From: Deferribacteres bacterium
GTDB lineage: Bacteria > Zhuqueibacterota > Zhuqueibacteria > Zhuqueibacterales > Geothermadaptataceae
Direction: 5' to 3'
DNA length: 64,000 bases
Assembly (NCBI GenBank): GCA_020633675.1
Contig: JACKDE010000003.1
Span: forward strand, 459,633-523,632
Below are positions 57,012 to 64,000 of the stretch, one piece after another. Numbering within the stretch: position 1 is the first letter of the stretch; the number at the start of each line of letters is the position of its first letter. A program made the translations under genes and the position numbers. The notes beneath the pieces were generated by a model. That model was not told the DNA's origin and searched no databases. It saw only the letters and a list, made by a program, of their open reading frames with translations.

Positions 57012-58094
57012 TTAACCTCCAAGTATGAAAGGATTATTAGCTTCAAGGACTTCCTTGCCCCTGATGATGACCCAAAGGGTCTGCAGCAGGATGACAACGT
57101 CAGCTTTTAAATTGCTATTTTCTACGTAAATCAGGTCCCATTTGAGCTTATCTTTTGTGCCTTCAATCGTCACGTCATAGCCGCAGACGATTTGGGCAAT
57201 TCCGGTCAGCCCGGGTTTGACAAGCAACCTGTCAGTATAATTCGGGACTTTCTCCAAAATCTGTGGGATCAGCTGTGGTCTTTCCGGACGGGGACCGACC
57301 AACGACATTTCACCACAGAGAACATTGAAAAACTGTGGAATCTCGTCCACATGCGTAAAGCGTAAGATATTGCCCATCGGCGTAATGCGCGGATCATTTT
57401 TTTGCGCCCAGACAGCACCGCTGCCTTTTTCCGCGTCCTGCCGCATTGTGCGGAACTTGTACACCCAGAAAGGACGTCCGTACAAATCGACTTTGCGGCG
57501 CTGTTCCTTTCGGCGATCGTTCGTGACTTCCAGATTGATTACTCTGCGATCACGTTTTCTGTTATTTACGCCGGAACGTCTTTGCCTATAAAAAATCGGG
57601 CCGCGGCTATCGAACTTGATCAGCAGCGGAATCACCACAAAGAACATTGAGCAGAAAATGAAGCCCAGCACGGCACTAAAAATATCAAAAATTCGCTTGC
57701 CAGCCAGTTCCCAATAATGCATGCTGGAAAGTGGCGTGGTGATGCGCCGGATTAAATCTTCCGGGAAAAACAACAAGACACTGAGTGTCGAGAAAAAGAA
57801 AAATGGTGAGAGAAAATATGTGCCAACAAATTTTCGCAGCTTGATATCAAAATCACTCAAAACCACTTTTCGGTTTGCTTCAACCGGGATGCCCTTTTTG
57901 TTTCTGTCAACGAGCGCCTGGTAACGTTGGTGTACAATCTCCGGCGTTAAGCTGCCATGGCTTGTGCCAATCATGCTTTCGCGGATTTGACCCACAAGTT
58001 GTCGCTGATTCATGAAGCTCCTCTTTGCATCGTATTGGTTCGTCAAGAGAACGCAGCTTGATAGTGAAACGACCTGCAGATATTTCAAATCCAT
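57012..58094 (-). CDS. Polyprenyl-phosphate sugar-1-phosphate transferase (bacterial sugar transferase, WbaP/EpsB-like initiating enzyme)
   Basis: GKRIFDIFSAVLG, FYRQRRSG, DEIPQFFNVLCGEMSLVGPRPERP and KPGLTG motifs. First gene of the EPS strand run. The start is uncertain (58094 or the internal MNQRQL). Confidence 0.85.
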   Translation of the reverse strand: MDLKYLQVVSLSSCVLLTNQYDAKRSFMNQRQLVGQIRESMIGTSHGSLTPEIVHQRYQALVDRNKKGIPVEANRKVVLSDFDIKLRKFVGTYFLSPFFFFSTLSVLLFFPEDLIRRITTPLSSMHYWELAGKRIFDIFSAVLGFIFCSMFFVVIPLLIKFDSRGPIFYRQRRSGVNNRKRDRRVINLEVTNDRRKEQRRKVDLYGRPFWVYKFRTMRQDAEKGSGAVWAQKNDPRITPMGNILRFTHVDEIPQFFNVLCGEMSLVGPRPERPQLIPQILEKVPNYTDRLLVKPGLTGIAQIVCGYDVTIEGTKDKLKWDLIYVENSNLKADVVILLQTLWVIIRGKEVLEANNPFILGG

Positions 58095-58794
58095 GAAATG
58101 ACATGACTCATCCTGAGTGATTTGCTGTCCGTTAACTCAATTGCTTCGAATTGCTAACATCGCTCAACGGCAAAAGCCGTGCCTGATCTTGCAAATATTT
58201 CTGTCTTTTCGTTAAAAAATTCATTTAGCCTTAACAATTTGATATAAAAACATTTACATACATACGTACATCTTCGATTTGGATGAATAATTTTATGAAC
58301 CACCGCATCAAAGTGAGACAGTGTCACACTCGGAACACATTCATTCAAACCAAAAAAGCAGAGAAATTTTGTAAGGATGTACGTTCTTTGCGCAATGCAG
58401 TTTTATATGCACGGCTTAGCGATCCCTGCTAAGAACGTTTGAAAGGCTTATTGCTAAAGGAAAAGGACAAAAAGTGGGAAAAGCAGGCATGCAATTGCCT
58501 ATATCCATCGGATGCTTTTCCAAGTTGTCAATCAAGATGTAAGCAATTAAAAATTCGCAATAAGGATACGTACAATTACGTTTTTTGCGGAAGGAATTGG
58601 CAGGAATTCTGCGGCTTTCTGCCTGTATTTTCAACATTTGGTCGGAAAAATCATGGGGTGCTTCCAATGCCGGCTTGCCGAGATGGAAGTTGTCAGGCGA
58701 GATTTTAAATTTCGTAGATCGGCGCCGCAGGCACTTTGATGCCCAACAACCAGCACTCTCCATTATCGCACACCTGGATCGACCATAATAAATA

Positions 58795-58823
58795 GATGGC
58801 GTGCTAACATGTAGCACGCCATC
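58795..58823 (-). terminator. Rho-independent terminator of ftsZ / dcw cluster
   Basis: Perfect 12-bp inverted repeat GATGGCGTGCTA-acatg-TAGCACGCCATC. On the minus strand it is followed by TATTTATTATGG. It lies 88 nt downstream of the ftsZ stop. Confidence 0.7.
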
Positions 58824-58911
58824 AGGGTCAGCCAGGGTATCAGGGAAAATTACAGGAGTCGCACATAGCGGGTCTCATCCTGCCTGAGCAAGAACGGTGC
58901 TCCAAATCGCT

Positions 58912-60078
58912 CTATCGTTTCCAGCGCCGGCGAATGTAAGCAGGCGACTCGAGATCATCATCGTTGTAGAGGCTGTCTTCGATTTCTGAGACGGTTTCCA
59001 TATGTCCGTTGCCATTGCCATTGCGACGCTGGTAAGTCGGCACATCCAAATCGCTCAGTTCATAGTCGATAATGCGCATGGTCGAGGCTTGTTTGCGAGT
59101 CATGCCATAGCCGTTTTTGTTGAAGCCGGTGGCGATGACCGTGACACGGATTTCCTCTTCCATCTGCGGATCGACAACCGCACCAAAAATCAGGTTAGCA
59201 TCATTGCCTGCCGCATCCGAGATCACGCTGGTGGCATCGTTCACTTCATGCAGCGAAAGCGATTCGCCACCGGTGATGTTGACCAAAACACCTTGGGCAC
59301 CGGCAATCGAAATGTCTTCCAATAGCGGGCTGGCTATGGCTTTCTGTGCTGCCTCGATCGAACGATCATCGCCCGAGGCCACCGCAGAGCCCATCAGAGC
59401 ATCACCCATTTCGCGCATGACCGTTTTCACATCGGCAAAATCAAGATTGATCAGGCCGGGGATGCTAATCAAGTCGGAAATGCCTTTTGTTGCGTGCAAC
59501 AGCACTTCATCCGCCGTGCGAAACGCTGCGGTGAGCGGCGTGCCTTTCGTCACCACAGAGAGCAAGCGCTGATTTGGGATGACGATCAGCGTGTCGACTT
59601 GTTTTTTGAGCTCAAGCAAACCTTCTTCCGCACGCTGCGAGCGTTTATGGCCCTCGAACATGAATGGCTTCGTGACAATGGCGACTGTCAGCGCGCCGAG
59701 GTCTTTTGCAATTTCAGCAACGACCGGTGCAGCACCGGTGCCGGTGCCGCCGCCCATTCCGGCAGTGATAAACACCATGTCGCTATCCTCGAGCGATTCG
59801 ATTACGGAATCGCGGTCTTCTTCAATCGACTTCCGACCAATTTCAGGATCTGCGCCTGCTCCTAATCCGCGCGTACAGGCTCTGCCGATCTGCAAGCGTG
59901 TTGAAGTTTTGCATGCTTCCAAAGCCTGCAAATCCGTGTTGATGCTGACAAAACCGACGCCTGCCAGGTTGGCTTCGATCATACGATTTACGGCATTGCA
60001 GCCGCCGCCACCTACGCCAACAACTTTCATCCTGGCGGTCGGTGTGGGATTTTCGTCAAAATTGAAACGCAAATTCAT
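58912..60078 (-). CDS. ftsZ: Cell division protein FtsZ
   Basis: GVGGGGCNAVNRM, the GMGGGTGTGAAPVVA tubulin signature, and a C-terminal DLESPAYIRRR peptide. The start is placed at MNLRFNF (60078), preceded by AAGGAG; the track ORF extends to 60168. Confidence 0.95.
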   Translation of the reverse strand: MNLRFNFDENPTPTARMKVVGVGGGGCNAVNRMIEANLAGVGFVSINTDLQALEACKTSTRLQIGRACTRGLGAGADPEIGRKSIEEDRDSVIESLEDSDMVFITAGMGGGTGTGAAPVVAEIAKDLGALTVAIVTKPFMFEGHKRSQRAEEGLLELKKQVDTLIVIPNQRLLSVVTKGTPLTAAFRTADEVLLHATKGISDLISIPGLINLDFADVKTVMREMGDALMGSAVASGDDRSIEAAQKAIASPLLEDISIAGAQGVLVNITGGESLSLHEVNDATSVISDAAGNDANLIFGAVVDPQMEEEIRVTVIATGFNKNGYGMTRKQASTMRIIDYELSDLDVPTYQRRNGNGNGHMETVSEIEDSLYNDDDLESPAYIRRRWKR

Positions 60079-60145
60079 GGCTGACTCCTTTTTTGTGATA
60101 CTGATTTTGGCTGAATACGAAAAATATCCTTTGCGCTGGACTACG

Positions 60146-61387
60146 CTATATACCCTTGCTACCGACAAACCAGCGCTTCATTCGTTCCACAATTTTCTCA
60201 AAAACATGTGACTCGCTCGAGCTCAGCGGACCATCGATCATCTCGCTGTTCTCTTTACCATACATAATCAAACCGACGCCGGTCGAATGCAATGGCAGAT
60301 TGATGTCGTCACTGACGCTCTTGATACCCGACGGTACACCCAGCTTCACCGGCATTTCAAAAATTTCTTCGGCCAGCTCGACGGTACCTGGCAGCATGGC
60401 CGCGCCGCCGGTTAAAACAGCGCCCGCCGTCATCAAATGTACGTAATCCGATTTCTTGATTTCGTTGTGCGCCAGGGTCAAAATTTCTTCCATGCGCGGT
60501 TGAATGATATCTACCAGCAGCGATTTGGCCACTTTCCGCGGTGGTCGTCCACCAACGCCCGGCACTTCGACCAGTTTATCTTCGTCCTTTTCGTATTTAA
60601 CCGCCGAGCCAAAATTCACTTTAATCGCTTCTGCACTCTCAATTGGTGTGCGCAAGCCGTGCGCGATGTCGTTGGTGACGTTACGGCCGCCGAGGCTGAC
60701 GATCGCCGTATGCCGGATGCAGCCTTCATAAAACATGGCAATGTCCGTGGTGCCTCCGCCGATGTCGAGCACGCAGACACCAAGGTCTTTTTCGTCTGGC
60801 GTGAGCACAGAATAACTGCTTGCCAATGGCTCGAGCACCAGGTCCATCACTGACATATGCGCACCTTCGATGCTGCGCCAGATATTTTGCGCTGCCGTCA
60901 CTGCGCAGGTGACAATATGGACTTCTGCTTCGAGTCGAACGCCGGACATGCCAACCGGATCGGTAATGCTGCGCTGATCATCGACAATAAACTCTTGCGG
61001 CAAAATATGGATAATTTCACGATCAAACGGCAGCGATACAGCCTTGGCTGCGTCGATCACACGCCGTTTATCTTCCATACTGATGATGTGATTTTCGCCA
61101 GCGACAGCCACCACGCCGCGGCCATTCACGCTGCGAATATGATCCCCTGCAATGCCTGCGTAGACGGCTTCAATCTCAACACCGGCCATGCGTTCGGCTT
61201 CTTCGCGCGCCTTGATAATAGCCTGAATGGTTTTTTCGAGATTGATCACCACGCCGCGACGCAAACCATCCGATGGTGCTGTGCCGACGCCGATGATTTT
61301 CAGCATCGAATTTTCATCGAGTTCAGCGATGAGTGCGCAAATTTTTGTGGTGCCGATGTCCAGGGCACAGATATACTCGTTTGTCAT
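60146..61387 (-). CDS. ftsA: Cell division protein FtsA
   Basis: ALDIGTTKICALIAE and DIGGGTTDIAMF actin-fold motifs. Located between ftsQ and ftsZ. Confidence 0.95.
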   Translation of the reverse strand: MTNEYICALDIGTTKICALIAELDENSMLKIIGVGTAPSDGLRRGVVINLEKTIQAIIKAREEAERMAGVEIEAVYAGIAGDHIRSVNGRGVVAVAGENHIISMEDKRRVIDAAKAVSLPFDREIIHILPQEFIVDDQRSITDPVGMSGVRLEAEVHIVTCAVTAAQNIWRSIEGAHMSVMDLVLEPLASSYSVLTPDEKDLGVCVLDIGGGTTDIAMFYEGCIRHTAIVSLGGRNVTNDIAHGLRTPIESAEAIKVNFGSAVKYEKDEDKLVEVPGVGGRPPRKVAKSLLVDIIQPRMEEILTLAHNEIKKSDYVHLMTAGAVLTGGAAMLPGTVELAEEIFEMPVKLGVPSGIKSVSDDINLPLHSTGVGLIMYGKENSEMIDGPLSSSESHVFEKIVERMKRWFVGSKGI

Positions 61388-61399
61388 ACCCCCACCTCC

Positions 61400-62149
61400 T
61401 TATGTGTGATTTATGGTTCCTTGTTTCTTCTTGGCGATCACCTGATCGTTAAATCGCAAGTCGAGGTATAAAATTTGATCGAACTGGCCTTCACTGGCGA
61501 AGTGTTCCCAAGCCACTTTGAGCTTTTTGCTTTTGTTCAACAGACGATCTTTTCCGAAATAGACCGGAATGTTTTTTTCGACCATGGTCGCTCTCACACC
61601 GTAGGTCGCATTCATGGTGACTTCAGAGATCAAGCTATATATAATGGGCTCGGCTTCCTGCAATTCACCAATAAATTCTGCCAGAACAACGAGCTTGCTG
61701 TTGTCGACTTTTTCACCAGGCAAATGCTCTTTGATGTGCATGCCGGTAATCACCGGAAAGTCCAAGCCGATTTCCGGACGAAAACGCGGCAGCAACACGC
61801 CTTCACGATCGATGCCCCACAGGCCATTGCTGATCAAAATGGCCACAGGTTGACGTTCCCGAATGTCAATGCGGATATTCGATGGAAACATGCGGGAAAC
61901 TTCAACCTGCCGTACCTGCGGCAGCTCAGCCAGTTTCGCCTGAATGCGGTTGATATCCGTATCCCAGATGCTTTCGGCAGAATCGACTTTTGCCGCCGCC
62001 AGCACATCTTCCGTTTCCAGCAACCGATTGCCGCTCACAACAACCTTTTTTACTGAAAAAGCATGGTTATCCTGTATCCACACGCTCAGGTGCAGAAAAA
62101 CCAGGATAATGCTCGTCGAAAAGAACACATATTTGCCTGCCACTCTCAT
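61400..62149 (-). CDS. ftsQ: Cell division protein FtsQ (POTRA-containing)
   Basis: N-terminal TM, then the POTRA-like VKKVVVSGNRLLETEDVLAA. Position between murG and ftsA. 4-nt overlap with murG. Confidence 0.8.
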   Translation of the reverse strand: MRVAGKYVFFSTSIILVFLHLSVWIQDNHAFSVKKVVVSGNRLLETEDVLAAAKVDSAESIWDTDINRIQAKLAELPQVRQVEVSRMFPSNIRIDIRERQPVAILISNGLWGIDREGVLLPRFRPEIGLDFPVITGMHIKEHLPGEKVDNSKLVVLAEFIGELQEAEPIIYSLISEVTMNATYGVRATMVEKNIPVYFGKDRLLNKSKKLKVAWEHFASEGQFDQILYLDLRFNDQVIAKKKQGTINHT

Positions 62150-63300
62150 GGTGATCCCTCCTTGTCTATCAGCTTCAGACAGTCCCTTGCAATCAGCTCG
62201 GCCGCATTGTGCATCGACAGTTTTTTTGCCGCTGCCGACATGCTAACCAGCCGCTCCTCATCTGTAACGAGTTGTCGAATGTGTTCAAAAATTAAATCTG
62301 CTGTCAACTCCCTTTCATGAACCAAAACGCCGCCACCAGCATGTACAACAGCCTGGGCATTGGCAGTTTGATGATCTGCGGTCGCGAACGGAAATGGCAC
62401 ATAAATCGCCGGAATACCGCAGGTCACCAGCTCCGAAATAGTTGAAGCGCCAGCCCTGCATACCGCTAAATCCGCAATCGCGTAGGCCTTGCCCATCTCT
62501 TCGATATAGGGAACGATCCGAATATTCTCCGCTGCGGTGTCGGCCGCTTGTGAGATATGTTCATACCATGTCGTGCCGACAGCCCAAATCACCTGCACAT
62601 CGGGCAGAGCCTGCAAGCCCGGCAGCATCGACAGGATAGTCTCATTCAGTTTCTTCGCGCCCTGGCTACCGCCAAATACCAGCACCGTTTTTTTGCTTTT
62701 GTCCAGATTAAAAAACGAGTAGCCATCGTTTTTATTGGTGTTGAACAAGGAACCGCGTATCGGATTGCCGTATACAAACACATTTTTCTGCGCGGTAAAA
62801 TAGCGCTTTGACGCCTCAAATGTCAAAAAAACAGCGTCAACCGCATTGCCCAGTTTACGATTGACCAGCCCGGGATAATTGTTCTGTTCCTGCACTGCCC
62901 GGGGAATTTTCAGCATCCCGGCAGCCAGCAATGCCGGCCCTGACGCGAATCCACCTGTACCGATCACTATTTGTGGCCGGAAACGCCGGAAAAAGCTGAT
63001 GCATTTCAATACGCTATAAGCCAATCGGAACGGCACCAGCACGTTTTGCCATGTCAATTTTCGCAACAAACCGCGAATCGGTAAGACAAGCAACTCATAG
63101 CCCTGCTCCGGCACCACCCGCGCTTCCAGTCCACGATCCGTGCCAACGAAAACGACGTGTACCGATGGCAGCATCTCACGGAATTTATCTGCAAGCGCCA
63201 GCCCGGGATACAGATGGCCTCCAGTGCCACCGCCGGCAACGACAATACGGATGTCAGCGGTTAATTTTGATTTTTCTGCCTGTTGTAGACTTTTTGCCAT
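62146..63300 (-). CDS. murG: UDP-N-acetylglucosamine--N-acetylmuramyl-(pentapeptide) pyrophosphoryl-undecaprenol GlcNAc transferase
   Basis: VVAGGGTGGHLYPGLALA, and C-terminal RAGASTISEL and HQT.NA motifs. Confidence 0.9.
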   Translation of the reverse strand: MAKSLQQAEKSKLTADIRIVVAGGGTGGHLYPGLALADKFREMLPSVHVVFVGTDRGLEARVVPEQGYELLVLPIRGLLRKLTWQNVLVPFRLAYSVLKCISFFRRFRPQIVIGTGGFASGPALLAAGMLKIPRAVQEQNNYPGLVNRKLGNAVDAVFLTFEASKRYFTAQKNVFVYGNPIRGSLFNTNKNDGYSFFNLDKSKKTVLVFGGSQGAKKLNETILSMLPGLQALPDVQVIWAVGTTWYEHISQAADTAAENIRIVPYIEEMGKAYAIADLAVCRAGASTISELVTCGIPAIYVPFPFATADHQTANAQAVVHAGGGVLVHERELTADLIFEHIRQLVTDEERLVSMSAAAKKLSMHNAAELIARDCLKLIDKEGSP

Positions 63301-64000
63301 ACTTCAATTGAACCGGTTTCAAAGCCCTGAAACCACTTTGCTGACAAATGTTGAGCAATATGCCAATCCCAAACAGATTCATGATAAGCGAAGAGCCTCC
63401 GTAACTTACGAAAGGCATCGGGATGCCGGTCGTAGGCATGAGATTGGTGACAACTGCAATATTCATAAACCCGTATAAAACAATTGCGAAAGTAATGCCG
63501 AGTGCCAGTAATTGTCCTTCCCTGTCTGGCGCTGCCAGCGCAATACGATATCCACGATAGAAAATGACCAGGAACAACAGCACCACTAAAAGCGTGCCGA
63601 TCATTCCGAGTTCTTCACCAATAATGGAATAAATAAAGTCTGTAAATGGATCTGGCAGCCAGTGCATTTTCTGGCGGCTGTGGCCGAGGCCGAGGCCAAA
63701 AACGCCACCGTTTCCAAGGCTGATCAACGATTGTTTGACTTGCCAACCCAATTGTGTTTCATCTTTAAAGCCATCGATGAATCCGAACAAACGCTCGCGC
63801 TGGTACGGGATGCTCATTAAAAACATGAAGGCTGCAGTCAACCCTCCGGCGATGACCGCCAGCAAGTGCCACACGCGCGCGCCTGCAACAAACAGCATAT
63901 AAATGCCGACCACAAATACCATCAATGCAGTGCCGGTATCCGGTTCCAGCATGATGGCTCCGCAGACCAACCCCAGCAGAATGAGCTGCGAGATCACCCC
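63254..64000 (-). CDS. ftsW: SEDS-family peptidoglycan polymerase FtsW (C-terminal part; 5' end beyond the window)
   Basis: LEPDTGTAL, HTDFIYS-like DPFTDFIYSIIGEELG, and GIPMPFVSYGGSSL motifs. The reading frame stays open to the window edge. Confidence 0.85.
   Translation of the reverse strand, partial: GVISQLILLGLVCGAIMLEPDTGTALMVFVVGIYMLFVAGARVWHLLAVIAGGLTAAFMFLMSIPYQRERLFGFIDGFKDETQLGWQVKQSLISLGNGGVFGLGLGHSRQKMHWLPDPFTDFIYSIIGEELGMIGTLLVVLLFLVIFYRGYRIALAAPDREGQLLALGITFAIVLYGFMNIAVVTNLMPTTGIPMPFVSYGGSSLIMNLFGIGILLNICQQSGFRALKPVQLKYGKKSTTGRKIKINR

Noticed and set aside
58154-58817. ORFs 58154..58348 (-) and 58416..58817 (-) in the dcw/EPS spacer
   Set aside because: Cys/Arg-rich, random-looking sequences with no RBS. 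The larger one runs through the ftsZ terminator hairpin. I treat the region as non-coding.
1-64000. Scan for tRNA/rRNA genes, transposases, integrases, reverse transcriptases, toxin-antitoxin pairs and known defence systems
   Set aside because: I found no T-arm-like GGTTCGA(A/T)TCC strings in intergenic regions and no rRNA-like segments. No ORF has recombinase, RT, nuclease or helicase signatures. The window looks like core chromosome plus surface-polymer loci rather than a mobile or defence island.

Overview
Gene-dense, mid-GC bacterial chromosomal window. From about 4.9 kb onward almost every gene is on the minus strand. Two secreted proteins end in the same kind of T9SS type-A C-terminal sorting domain (FELQQNYPNPFN...), which points to the FCB (Bacteroidota-related) superphylum. 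Many genes have strong GGAGG-type ribosome-binding sites, so I infer a non-Bacteroidia lineage. Layout: (1) 1-4.6 kb, plus-strand genes: a Kbl/BioF-like fragment, a DUF1223 gene with an in-frame TGA at the first Cys of its CxxC motif (candidate selenoprotein or pseudogene), a PIG-L deacetylase and a UDG-like protein. (2) 4.9-7.6 kb, a cytochrome bd-like CydA homolog fused to a di-heme c domain, plus a paralogous membrane partner. (3) pdxJ, a YibQ-like deacetylase and a lipoprotein. (4) 10.7-15.7 kb, two secreted phosphoesterases and an aldehyde dehydrogenase. (5) 15.9-30.0 kb, a same-strand surface module: Ser/Thr kinase with PEGA ectodomains, two paralogous TPR/CsgG-like proteins, a 2457-aa T9SS giant protein, an outer-membrane barrel and a coiled-coil membrane protein. 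(6) 30.2-32.8 kb, M20 amidohydrolase, GNAT and a lipoprotein. (7) 33.0-58.1 kb, a roughly 25-kb minus-strand exopolysaccharide supercluster. It carries PEP-CTERM-locus-type genes (no exosortase seen), three deacetylases, a membrane multiheme-cytochrome/TPR protein, and a STAS-domain protein inserted between Wzz and the BY-kinase. (8) 58.9-64.0 kb, the distal dcw cluster ftsW-murG-ftsQ-ftsA-ftsZ. I saw no rRNA, tRNA, CRISPR array, transposase, integrase, reverse transcriptase or recognisable defence genes. All functional calls rest on motifs read by eye and on remembered family signatures; no searches were run.
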